A DNA stretch of 63,205 nt from NCBI GenBank assembly GCA_964612105.1, contig CAZTEU010000004.1:60897-124101 (forward strand), written 5' to 3'. This document shows, piece by piece, positions 9,215-17,852 of the stretch. How positions within the stretch are numbered: position 1 is the stretch's first letter; every line of letters begins with the position of its first letter. The position numbers were made by a program, and so were the translations under genes. The notes under the pieces were generated by a model. That model had not been told where the DNA came from. It saw only the letters and a list, made by a program, of their open reading frames with translations, and ran no database searches. Origin of the DNA: an uncultured Gammaproteobacteria bacterium. GTDB taxonomy: Bacteria; Patescibacteriota; Patescibacteriia; Magasanikbacterales; UBA922.

Positions 9215-9685
9215 CTACAGAATTTTGAAGTTGAGCCTCACGGAGACGGACACCAGGTCCACCCCGCCGGCATAGCTGATGTATGCCACGGGAGTGGCAA
9301 CTTTCAGCGTCTTGCTGACTGGGAAGATCGGTACGATCGCCCCGCCAACGGCATAGGTGTTCTTTTTGGGGACCCAGCGCGTCAGTCCAGTGGCGCCAAC
9401 CAAGAAGTGCTTGTTCACTTTCTTGATAGCCCCGACGATCATCTGCGGCTGTACCACCAACTTGGTAGTCGGAGTGAACACTCCAACCTCCAGGAAAGCT
9501 GCCCAACCATCAGCGATGGGTTGTACAGCGTGGATTCCCAGGGCTGCGCCGACAGGCAGATCTTTGTCGACGTTGATGGCCTTTGGGAAAGCCATGTAGG
9601 TTCCCAGACCCAACGAGGCTCCCTGCGCCTCGAAGGCGATGAGGGAACAGAACAACGAAATGAGAAAGAACGAAGTGCGAGTCAT
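9215..9685 (-). CDS. GC-rich secreted orphan with beta-strand-rich (barrel-like) pattern
   Basis: Signal peptide (…AFEAQGA), alternating hydrophobic strands, C-terminal SVSVRLNFKIL. Confidence 0.6.
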   Translation of the reverse strand: MTRTSFFLISLFCSLIAFEAQGASLGLGTYMAFPKAINVDKDLPVGAALGIHAVQPIADGWAAFLEVGVFTPTTKLVVQPQMIVGAIKKVNKHFLVGATGLTRWVPKKNTYAVGGAIVPIFPVSKTLKVATPVAYISYAGGVDLVSVSVRLNFKIL

Positions 9686-9776
9686 GATTTCCCTCCCAGG
9701 GAAGTGTGGGGTCGGGCTTATTCCCGATCTCCACTCATATGCCTCTCTCTAGGCAGATGGGTGAAAATGGGAATGT
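9686..9776 (-). ncRNA. Conserved structured 5' leader, copy 2
   Basis: Homologous to 6848-6938; promoter TTGACA (9824-9819)-17-TATAAT (9801-9796). Confidence 0.65.
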
Positions 9777-9932
9777 CTTAACTTAATAACACAGCATTAT
9801 ATCATAAAAAACTATACTTGTCAAGTCTTTTTGGCTAAGTAAAGCCAAATATAGTCATTATGTATCTGATAATCAAACTACTTATTTGACAAAATGCCTA
9901 TAAATTAGCATAATACTACTGTCATAAATTAT

Positions 9933-11081
9933 GTGACAGAATATAGTATGAAACTAACGCCCCTAGGTTTTTCAAAAAACGAAGAGAAAGTTTATCTTTC
10001 TTTGTTTGAATTAGGTAAAACTCGTGCTGGAAAAGTGATAGAACACACTTCCCTGCATAGAAATTTGGTCTATACTGCTCTTGAGGCACTTTTGGAGCGT
10101 GATTTAATAACAAAGACACTGCAAGGAGGTGTAAGTGTGTTCTCAGCAAATAATCCAGATAGGTTAGTTGAAGAAATTGAAAGTAAAAAAAGTGAAGCAA
10201 TAGCAATAGCAGAAGAATTAAAGAAGAAAGTTGACCTACAAACAAGAGAAGTTGTAATTTTTGAGGGGGCTGAAGGTATAGAAAGAGCAATGCGCCAGAA
10301 TCTACAAGCTCAAAAAGGAAAAACAGTCTACGCATTGGGTGCTTCCGCAAATAACGAGACATCAGAATCGCAAATGTTTTCAAGAAAATATCATAATGAA
10401 TTGATTGAAAAAGGAATTTCTTTTAAAGCTCTGTACGGAAGAAATGTTGAGGACGGTATTGTTGAAGAAAAAAAGAAATTATCCAACGCAGAAGTAAAAT
10501 ATATGCCAACAAGCATTGAAGCACCCATGTGGTTTAATATTTGTGGGGATGTTAGTTCAATTATTTCAATGGACAAGAACCCCTTGGCAATCAACATAAA
10601 AAGTGAGTCCATTGCGGAAGGATTAAAACAATACTTTAATCACTTATGGAATCAAAAAGTAATGACATTTGAGGGAGACAGAGGGTTTAAACATGCATTT
10701 GGTGATATTTTAAAAACACTCCAAAGAGGAGATGAGCTAATGATTTTGGGAATTCCTGAATTTGATCAAGAGTTTATAAATATGATAAGGGATTTTCATA
10801 AAAAAAGAGCAGGGCAGGGAATTATTTCTAGAATACTGTTAAATGAGGGTGCAAAAGATATGGGAGAGACGCTTAGAAAAATTGCACACACCAAAATTAA
10901 ATATATGCAGCGCGGTGTAGTTACTCCTGCTGCCCTCTTAATTTACAAAAATAAAACATTAATTAGTCTGCCAAGCAGGAGGACTTTTATGCAGATAGAT
11001 GACAAAGAGACTACGCAGTCTTTCACACACCACTTCAATGAGCTGTGGAGTACAAAAGAAAAACAAGATTTAAAAATGTAG
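9933..11081 (+). CDS. TrmB-like regulator with duplicated C-terminal effector domain
   Basis: LGFSKNEEKVYLSLFELG HTH; two VVIFEG/VMTFEG-initiated domains. Confidence 0.8.
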   Translation: MTEYSMKLTPLGFSKNEEKVYLSLFELGKTRAGKVIEHTSLHRNLVYTALEALLERDLITKTLQGGVSVFSANNPDRLVEEIESKKSEAIAIAEELKKKVDLQTREVVIFEGAEGIERAMRQNLQAQKGKTVYALGASANNETSESQMFSRKYHNELIEKGISFKALYGRNVEDGIVEEKKKLSNAEVKYMPTSIEAPMWFNICGDVSSIISMDKNPLAINIKSESIAEGLKQYFNHLWNQKVMTFEGDRGFKHAFGDILKTLQRGDELMILGIPEFDQEFINMIRDFHKKRAGQGIISRILLNEGAKDMGETLRKIAHTKIKYMQRGVVTPAALLIYKNKTLISLPSRRTFMQIDDKETTQSFTHHFNELWSTKEKQDLKM

Positions 11082-11098
11082 ATTTGCAATATTCATAA

Positions 11099-11159
11099 AA
11101 AAACAACGCTAATCCCAGCGCTGTTTTTATTTGAGGTGGTTACTGGATGATGTTAGAAC
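11099..11159. repeat. Array junction C (core 11132-11159)
   Basis: Hairpin plus TGAGGTGGTTACTGGATGATGTTAGAAC; overlaps the stop codon of the neighbouring toxin-like gene. Confidence 0.85.
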
Positions 11160-11524
11160 TGGGTCTTCTCAAAGTTCCCCTGATCAATGTCTTCGATTGC
11201 ACTATCTAATGAATTAAGAATTAGAATCTTTGCTTTTTTATTATTCATTGACAGGTTTTCGCCAAACACCTTATCCTTTTTTAATCTAATCACAATTGGA
11301 ATGACAAGATTCTTTTGTTTATACATGAAAACAATTAATCTACCTGCCACCTTGTGAACCATTCTTAATTTAAATAGTTCTCCACCTGTATATCCCAGGT
11401 TCGAGAGTCGTACTTTCTGGCCACGCAATTTGTTTACAGCTTTTTTGATATCCTCCAACGAATAATATTTTTTAATCAGTTTGTATTCTTTTTGAAGAAA
11501 TGATTTCGTCAAAATCAGTATCAT
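11153..11524 (-). CDS. Putative RelE/ParE-like toxin
   Basis: Small basic protein, MILILTKSF start, LFKLRM..GRLIVF; downstream of an RHH-like gene. Confidence 0.5.
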   Translation of the reverse strand: MILILTKSFLQKEYKLIKKYYSLEDIKKAVNKLRGQKVRLSNLGYTGGELFKLRMVHKVAGRLIVFMYKQKNLVIPIVIRLKKDKVFGENLSMNNKKAKILILNSLDSAIEDIDQGNFEKTQF

Positions 11525-11529
11525 ACCTC

Positions 11530-11775
11530 CTATATATTTATTTTTTTGAGTGACTTACTTAGCTTATTTGTTTTTTCTATAATTTCTTTATCTGCAAATA
11601 CATCATCGTAGAATTCATTTTTTGCGTGCAAAGAAATACGCAAATCATCGTGAATATAAGCACGCATTGCCATTGTTAGTAATGCTTTTAGTGTTATTCC
11701 CTCTCTTTTTGTTTTTTTGAGTGCCTTCTCTTTTAGTTTTGCATCGCTCATGAATGTGACTTGTGTTTGGTTCAT
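11530..11775 (-). CDS. Putative RHH antitoxin (RelB/DinJ-like)
   Basis: QVTFMSDAKLKEKALKKTKREGITLKALL; own TTGACA-17-TATAGT promoter. Confidence 0.55.
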   Translation of the reverse strand: MNQTQVTFMSDAKLKEKALKKTKREGITLKALLTMAMRAYIHDDLRISLHAKNEFYDDVFADKEIIEKTNKLSKSLKKINI

Positions 11776-11836
11776 ATTGCTATATAGTTTATTACTACAT
11801 TTAAACTATATATTATGATTGAGTGTTTGTCAAGTA

Positions 11837-11897
11837 AAAAACAATACTAATCCTAGCGCTGTTTTAATTTGGGCTGGCTACTAGAGGACGTTAGAAC
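11837..11897. repeat. Array junction D (core 11870-11897)
   Basis: Hairpin plus TGGGCTGGCTACTAGAGGACGTTAGAAC. Confidence 0.9.
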
Positions 11898-12029
11898 TGG
11901 AATAATAAAAAAAGAACAAATTGTTCTTGTATGAAAGTCCATGTCCGCCCGCCCGTGCTTGTTGCTCGATGAGCGGACACGGACGGACGCGCTCCTTCTG
12001 GGCTCGTGCAGCGAAGGGGTGTAACACGG

Positions 12030-12335
12030 TCAGACTCTTGCGTGCTTTTGTACACGGGCTGCTTCGCTGGTAAGTCGTGGCTCTACGATCGAGGTGTCCT
12101 TTCCGTAACCTCGTGACCCATTGTTGACTATACAGCCGTTTTCCCAGGTGAGGTGGTGTGTGTGGCCTCTGTGAATGCAGCGGGCCACTTTGATCGGCTC
12201 CCAGTCTGCAAATCCTCTGGCGTATCCGACAAACAACCACTCAATTCCATCATTCCCCACAAGACTGTCTCCGCAGGTCAAACTCTCAAACTCATCTTGT
12301 GTGATTGCAGTCTTTTCAATGAGGTGTTGTAACAT
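12030..12335 (-). CDS. GC-rich orphan
   Basis: GGAGG SD upstream of ATG; 101-aa ORF. Confidence 0.6.
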   Translation of the reverse strand: MLQHLIEKTAITQDEFESLTCGDSLVGNDGIEWLFVGYARGFADWEPIKVARCIHRGHTHHLTWENGCIVNNGSRGYGKDTSIVEPRLTSEAARVQKHARV

Positions 12336-12602
12336 ATTGTCCTCCGTGCAAGGGGTATAAGCAAGTCAGGGTAGTATAATAATAGATGTGGGAGAAATAG
12401 GCAAGTTGGGATACAATGAGATGTATTGTGGTTGTAATAGAAAATAGCTTAAGTTAGTCAAACAAACGCTTAGACCTATTGACAAAAGGAGTTTTTTGTG
12501 TTAAGGTCTTTCCAGTTTTTCCTCTCGAGGATTTATCGTCAAGTGTGAAAGTCATACAAAGCGCGGTGATGGTCTCTGAGGGGTAATTCCTAGGAGGTCA
12601 TT

Positions 12603-12851
12603 ATGACAGCGCAGCCAGTAGAGGTCACTATCCTGTGGAATGGAGGATGGGATAGATACCTCGTCGACACAAGTATCACCGTCAGTGTTCCTGAAGCAGA
12701 GCTTCAGGGGAACGCCCGAATGTGGCCAACATTCGAGTGTGAGGAAGCCGAAGGTTCGTTCCTCAAAGCAAGCTTTAGTTCGGTCTTGAAAAAGTCCGTT
12801 ACCGAAGGTTGTGGGGTTCGCATTCTGAGGCGCCTCGGCGGCGGCGACTAA
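12603..12851 (+). CDS. GC-rich orphan
   Basis: AGGAGG SD; TTGACA at about 12479; about 100-nt leader. Confidence 0.6.
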   Translation: MTAQPVEVTILWNGGWDRYLVDTSITVSVPEAELQGNARMWPTFECEEAEGSFLKASFSSVLKKSVTEGCGVRILRRLGGGD

Positions 12852-12900
12852 TCGATGGCAAAAAAGCGGTACCTTTCGGGGTGCCGCTATTCTTTTCTAA

Positions 12901-12961
12901 AAAAACAACACCAGTCTTAATGTTGTTTTTAGGTGAGCCGAGTACTAGAGAGCGTCAGAGC
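12901..12961. repeat. Array junction E (core 12934-12961, 7 mismatches)
   Basis: Hairpin AAAAACAACA/TGTTGTTTTT plus TGAGCCGAGTACTAGAGAGCGTCAGAGC. Confidence 0.75.
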
Positions 12962-12981
12962 TGGGTGGGTGGTGTAAATTT

Positions 12982-13245
12982 CTACTTATAGACTTGCTCG
13001 TGTCCACCAACATCAATAAATATTACGTGAGTGTAGTTATTGTATTCTTCGAATATTAAGCGTATATTTCCCGAGACTGACACGGCTCTTTTTCCCAGCA
13101 TCAGACCTCGAAGTTTGTGGTTTTTTAGTGAAGTGTCGCTTGGGTCTTTTATAAGCCTTTCTATTGTTTTTGTAATTTTACTCTGAAGTTTGCATGGAAG
13201 CTTCTTAAATTGTTTTGTAAATCTTTTACTATAACTAATCTTCAT
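12982..13245 (-). CDS. RelE/YafQ-family type II toxin
   Basis: MKISYSKRFTKQFKKL...LKNHKLRG...VGGHEQVY. Confidence 0.9.
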   Translation of the reverse strand: MKISYSKRFTKQFKKLPCKLQSKITKTIERLIKDPSDTSLKNHKLRGLMLGKRAVSVSGNIRLIFEEYNNYTHVIFIDVGGHEQVYK

Positions 13246-13517
13246 AGTTTTTTCAGATAAGCTATCGCTTCATCTGCCTCCATTGGCTCGGTCACATTTA
13301 TTCCTTTCTTTGCCTCTTTACCTGCTTTTAATATTTCTTTTTCTTGTTGTACAGTGAGGCCGTTTTCTGTAATAAGAGGAAAAGGAACACCTTTTTGTAA
13401 TGTTATTTGTTTTAAGTAGAGTTTAATAGCTGTACTCATGTCTAATCCAAGACGATCTAGTATTTTTTTTGCAGAGGTCTTTGTTTTTTTGTCTACACGA
13501 ATTTGTATTGTAGTCAT
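13242..13517 (-). CDS. RelB/DinJ-family antitoxin
   Basis: MTTIQIRVDKKTK...LGLDMSTAIKLYLKQI...GVPF; 4-bp overlap with toxin. Confidence 0.9.
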   Translation of the reverse strand: MTTIQIRVDKKTKTSAKKILDRLGLDMSTAIKLYLKQITLQKGVPFPLITENGLTVQQEKEILKAGKEAKKGINVTEPMEADEAIAYLKKL

Positions 13518-13592
13518 AAATATATATTTGTATAAATACATAATAACATGTCTGTAGTGATGTTGTCAATACAGCTAATATTATTTCATCTT

Positions 13593-13697
13593 TCCAGACT
13601 GTCCCGCTACCCAATGTTAGAATAAAAAACACTGCCGTATGTAGCAGTGTTTTAGCTCTTTCAGAAAATTGAGCTGGCTACCAGAGGACGTTAGAAC
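13593..13697. repeat. Array junction F, long type (core 13670-13697)
   Basis: TTCCAG…CCCAATGTTAGAAT, hairpin AAAACACTGC/GCAGTGTTTT, then TGAGCTGGCTACCAGAGGACGTTAGAAC. Confidence 0.9.
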
Positions 13698-13702
13698 CCA
13701 AG

Positions 13703-14545
13703 TTAGGGCAAGAATTTAATGCTATCAACCATTTCATCTAATATTGTTTCAAAATTATTTATATCACCTCTTTCAATAATGGTTTGCGAGGTGATAACTA
13801 TGCTACTAAGTTCATTTTTTGGATTAAATAAGTAGTATTGTGCTGCTAGGGGTCCAGGAGATGGGTATATCGGAGAAAAACTTACTTTTGCTACTGTTAT
13901 ACCATGGGTGTTTTGAGATATGGTGCATTTTTTAATATCGCCCCACACCATTAGAGATTTACCGCTGTTTTTATAATCATATTCGCCGCTATCGATCCAC
14001 TTACAAACAGACTCAACCTTTTCTTTGTTCAGCCCCAGAGCGTCATCTTCCCAAGATAATCCGCGGTCTCCGCCCAGCCCGGATTTTCCATCAGTTATTG
14101 CTATGTATCGAGGGCTTCCAAAAAAATTTGAGAGTGTTAGATAGTAAAAGGGAATTCCCTCTTTTCCTTGTTCAACAATTTCTCTTGGGCTTATGCCATG
14201 CGGTTGCTGCACCTGTCCGATTTCACCAAAAGAGGCTGGGTACTCAAACGTGATGCCTAGATTTGAATCTGAAAATGCTTTTTTAATTGTGTTCTCAGGG
14301 TTGTTTATTAAATTAGTGAGTCTATCTATCTGCTCTTTTTTTATTCTTTTGGCTTCGTAATATCTGTCTGAATTTTCTTTGTTTGGGTCAATAACAGTTT
14401 GTTTAGGTGTCTCATCTTCACTAGAAATTTTTAAGGAGAAGTCCCCTTTGGTGTTTTGAGTAGAAGACATAATGACAAACACTAGCGCGAAAGATGTGGC
14501 CAGCAAAGGAATCCAAAATTCCTGACTCTTAAAATCTATCTTCAT
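13703..14545 (-). CDS. Membrane-anchored/secreted hypothetical protein
   Basis: Single N-terminal hydrophobic segment; 280 aa. Confidence 0.7.
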   Translation of the reverse strand: MKIDFKSQEFWIPLLATSFALVFVIMSSTQNTKGDFSLKISSEDETPKQTVIDPNKENSDRYYEAKRIKKEQIDRLTNLINNPENTIKKAFSDSNLGITFEYPASFGEIGQVQQPHGISPREIVEQGKEGIPFYYLTLSNFFGSPRYIAITDGKSGLGGDRGLSWEDDALGLNKEKVESVCKWIDSGEYDYKNSGKSLMVWGDIKKCTISQNTHGITVAKVSFSPIYPSPGPLAAQYYLFNPKNELSSIVITSQTIIERGDINNFETILDEMVDSIKFLP

Positions 14546-14604
14546 ATTTTTTATTTAATATGTTGTGATTATACCACAGTTCGGCATTCCAGTCCCCAGT
14601 AACA

Positions 14605-14665
14605 AAAAACAACGCTAATCTTAGCGCTGTTTTCATTTGAGCTGGCTACTAGAGGGCGTTAGAAC
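14605..14665. repeat. Array junction G (core 14638-14665)
   Basis: Hairpin plus TGAGCTGGCTACTAGAGGGCGTTAGAAC. Confidence 0.9.
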
Positions 14666-14672
14666 TTTTTGT

Positions 14673-15206
14673 CTACTTAGGGCCTAGTAAATCCTTGTGA
14701 AATTCATACAAAGAGCTTCCAACCATTTCAATTGCTTGTGTTTCTTTGTTATCGCTATTTATCAATACAGATTGAGCTTTTTCTGTGTCAACAAGCGCCA
14801 TTTCTACTGTTCCGTCTTTGTGCCCCTCCATGTAATACCCTCTTTTCTTTATCTTTTTAAGAATATTCGCATAATCTGAGTTTGTCATTGAGCGAACTCT
14901 CCAGACCTCATGTTTTTTGTGCTTGTTAAATTCCTCAAATATTTTATCGACTGTAAAAAGACGTTCGTTCACCTTCTGCCTGAAATTATCTGGATCCTCT
15001 ATTTTGTAATAATATCTGTTTCCCATTTTTGAGTGGTTAATAAAACCCTTTTCTTCCAAAGAGCGCAGATATTCCTGGCAACTTGTTCGTAGTATTCCTG
15101 TTTTGTCCGCGAGCTCAGATACTTTTGCACTTCCAAGTCTAAGAAGAGTTCTATATACAAGAATTTCTTTATCAGAAAAATTAAATTGTCTTAATAATTG
15201 TTCCAT
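14673..15206 (-). CDS. TrmB-like HTH regulator
   Basis: FNFSDKEILVYRTLLRLG...ILRTSCQEYLRSLEEKGF. Confidence 0.8.
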   Translation of the reverse strand: MEQLLRQFNFSDKEILVYRTLLRLGSAKVSELADKTGILRTSCQEYLRSLEEKGFINHSKMGNRYYYKIEDPDNFRQKVNERLFTVDKIFEEFNKHKKHEVWRVRSMTNSDYANILKKIKKRGYYMEGHKDGTVEMALVDTEKAQSVLINSDNKETQAIEMVGSSLYEFHKDLLGPK

Positions 15207-15832
15207 ATATTTTGGTACATTTCGCTAACCTCTTTATTCTTAAAACCAAATACTTGTAATTGGTCCCCAAACTCTACAAAAGCAACCTTGTTACTCCAAA
15301 TAAATAGCATTACATCTCCTTTTCGTTCTTTCACCTTTGGTGCAATTCCTTTTTGGTTGGATCTTTTGTGGTAGAAGGGCCAATAATCTCCAAGGTAATT
15401 AGCCAAGTGACTACTTTGTCCAATTATATGCATTTTCTTTTTTTCTCGAAGTGATTTCTCCAGCAATATCTTTACTCCATGAACATCTTTGGAATATGAG
15501 CGCAGTCTTAAAGGTTGCTCTGTCTTCTTATATTCCTTATGCATCGCAGGCACAAACTTCCTTACAGCACTCTCTTGCCTTTTCACATACTGCTTTAATG
15601 CGCCAATAGGTAGGGCGCGGAAGTCCAATACATCTCTGTATTTAGTAGAAGTGACAAGCTTCTTTTTTTTGAGTGACTCTAATACTAAATATGTGGTTGG
15701 TCTTTTAGTCCCCGCTCTTTTTGATATACCTAAAACACCGCCCTTCTTCATTGAGAGTAGGGCGCTGTATACAAGAGCTTCCTTGTGAGAAAGTCCAAGG
15801 TTTTCTAGGGCTTTTATACGCTTAATATCCAT
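15191..15832 (-). CDS. TrmB-like HTH regulator
   Basis: LENLGLSHKEALVYSALL...TKRPTTYLVLESL. Confidence 0.8.
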   Translation of the reverse strand: MDIKRIKALENLGLSHKEALVYSALLSMKKGGVLGISKRAGTKRPTTYLVLESLKKKKLVTSTKYRDVLDFRALPIGALKQYVKRQESAVRKFVPAMHKEYKKTEQPLRLRSYSKDVHGVKILLEKSLREKKKMHIIGQSSHLANYLGDYWPFYHKRSNQKGIAPKVKERKGDVMLFIWSNKVAFVEFGDQLQVFGFKNKEVSEMYQNIWNNY

Positions 15833-15932
15833 ATTGCTGTCAATAATAACATCAATTATCAATATATAAATAATATTATATAGTGCACTGTCCGTCAAGG
15901 GGGCGGACATTCATTCTTTTTTGGAGGTCGTT

Positions 15933-16574
15933 ATGCTTGTTCATTCTACTAACTGCAGAAGGCGGACGATTCCGCGCCTGAAAAGACCGCGGAGCTGTTT
16001 CCGCGTTCCCACGAATACCGTGCTGGTCGTGGTCGATCCGCAGAAAGCCTTCGGTTCGGTCGTGTCAGTTCCGCATGTCGAAGAGGCGGTCTCCAACATG
16101 CGTAAGGTGATCTCTTACTGGCGCAAGCGCGGAGGGAAGGTGATCCTCACGAGGCACATCTACAAGGATGAGAGTTGCGTCGGATCGGTCTCAGATTTCA
16201 TCCCGCCGATTTTCGGCGTGTTGAGGGAAGGTTCGCCGATGGGCGAGTTCCATGATGGCATCTGGTTCGATGGCGTCATCATCATCGACAAAACCGAGTT
16301 CAACGCCTTCATCGGGACGACGCTCGAGAAGCAGCTCCGCAAGCTCGGCGCCTCCCATTTCCTCGTCTGCGGTCTCACGACCCCGATCTGCGTGGAGGGT
16401 ACTGCGCGTGGCGGTGTTGAGCGTGGTTTCAAGGTGACGGTCGTCTCGGACGCTTGTGCATCTCAGCCCATGGGTGAGGAATCCGCTCGGGAGGCACACG
16501 ACTCTGCCATCGTTCGACTCGGCTACATCTTCGCTAAGGTGGTCAGCACCGAGGATCTCCTGTCGCTGCAGTAG
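15933..16574 (+). CDS. Isochorismatase-like cysteine hydrolase (GC-rich)
   Basis: D-K-C triad motifs VVVDPQ, IDK, TPICV; GGAGG SD; terminator AACATCT/AGGTGTT at about 16620. Confidence 0.85.
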   Translation: MLVHSTNCRRRTIPRLKRPRSCFRVPTNTVLVVVDPQKAFGSVVSVPHVEEAVSNMRKVISYWRKRGGKVILTRHIYKDESCVGSVSDFIPPIFGVLREGSPMGEFHDGIWFDGVIIIDKTEFNAFIGTTLEKQLRKLGASHFLVCGLTTPICVEGTARGGVERGFKVTVVSDACASQPMGEESAREAHDSAIVRLGYIFAKVVSTEDLLSLQ

Positions 16575-16639
16575 GCAAAAAGGTTTCCGCGTTTTCCTGA
16601 AAAAACGCGAGCACAAAAGAACATCTGTAAAGGTGTTTT

Positions 16640-16770
16640 TTTGTTTAGTTCCAACCTCCCCACACCATTCCAGTCGCCAGTACCCAAGGTTAGAACCAAA
16701 AACACTGCTAGATTTAGCAGTGTTTTAACTCTTTCGGGAAAATGAGCTGGCTACTAGAGGACGTTAGAAA
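16640..16770. repeat. Array junction H, long type (core 16743-16770)
   Basis: Same layout as F; TGAGCTGGCTACTAGAGGACGTTAGAAA. Confidence 0.9.
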
Positions 16771-16947
16771 TGGAATTGTACTACAGTGACTTAGTTTGTC
16801 TGCTAAGTCCCCACAACATGCTGAGTGTTGTTCTCATGAATTCTACAAAATCACCACCCTCAACTAAAATCAATTTTTTGGTTTGGAGAATATTCAAAAA
16901 TACTGCATAAATGCAGTATTTTTGAAGCGAATGTGAAAATCATGATT

Positions 16948-17424
16948 TTAATCAAGTTTTTTGAAATTAAGCCAAGTCCCGCTTGCCGACTTTTCATCTT
17001 CAGGGAGAAGGCCAACAAGAGCCTCTGTAAGACTATTGTTTTCATGGCCTGCTCTGAACAGAGCCCTTTCATCATCAATTCTCTCACCCTCTCTGAAGAC
17101 AGACCCCTCATGTAAATCTGCAGCCATTTGACGTAGAACACTATGTTGATGAGCCAGAACAATTTGTTTTGCAATGAGCTTCATATAAGATTCGTCTGCT
17201 TCTTCAATGGCATCGCCATAAGGGTCAGACTCTCTACTGGGAAGATGTTCTTTCCCGAGTTCACGAACCTCAGCAAGAACATCATCAAATGTCGGAACTT
17301 TATCTTGGTAAGCACGGTCAAGTTCCTCAAAATCAAGTCGATTATCCATCTCTGATTCTTGGTTAGAGGTATCGCTCTCAATATCTTTTTTGGGTACTTT
17401 CCTCCCCATTCCTTCATTATTCAT
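16948..17424 (-). CDS. Acidic hypothetical protein, copy 1
   Basis: 158-aa ORF; start uncertain. Confidence 0.6.
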   Translation of the reverse strand: MNNEGMGRKVPKKDIESDTSNQESEMDNRLDFEELDRAYQDKVPTFDDVLAEVRELGKEHLPSRESDPYGDAIEEADESYMKLIAKQIVLAHQHSVLRQMAADLHEGSVFREGERIDDERALFRAGHENNSLTEALVGLLPEDEKSASGTWLNFKKLD

Positions 17425-17544
17425 AATGAAATAATATAATTTATTAATAATATATTAACTATACACTAATTAATCCAAAGTTTCAAGACCTTTTGAATGC
17501 TGACCAATTCCTGTGGTAATTAATCAGACGTGTGGCTGACATTT

Positions 17545-17675
17545 CTTGTTCAGTTCTAATCTCCTCACACCATTCCAGTCGCCAGCACCCAAGGTTAGAA
17601 CCAAAAACACTGCTAGATTTAGCAGTGTTTTAACTCTTTCGGGAAAATGAGCTGGCTACTAGAGGACGTTAGAAA
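17545..17675. repeat. Array junction I (core 17648-17675)
   Basis: Core identical to H. Confidence 0.9.
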
Positions 17676-17852
17676 TGGAATTGTACTACAGTGACTTAGT
17701 TTGTCTGCTAAGTCCCCACAACATGCTGAGTGTTGTTCTCATGAATTCTACAAAATCACCACCCTCAACTAAAATCAATTTTTTGGTTTGGAGAATATTC
17801 AAAAATACTGCATAAATGCAGTATTTTTGAAGCGAATGTGAAAATCATGATT

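Noticed and set aside
9700-9726. Guanidine-I (ykkC) riboswitch match for the leader (CGGGAATAAGCCCG)
   Set aside because: The second copy does not keep this sequence and the 5' ykkC consensus is missing
5918-17675. Repeat core as a CRISPR repeat
   Set aside because: Intervals are 0.7-3.1 kb and gene-containing, not 30-40 bp spacers; no cas genes
5918-17675. Repeat core as a classical attC or XerCD dif/pdif site
   Set aside because: No R''/R' inverted-repeat hairpin. The length is 28 bp and one copy's right arm (TGATGTTAGAA) resembles XerD TTATGTTAAAT, but the left arm does not resemble XerC and the dyad is weak. Not fully excluded
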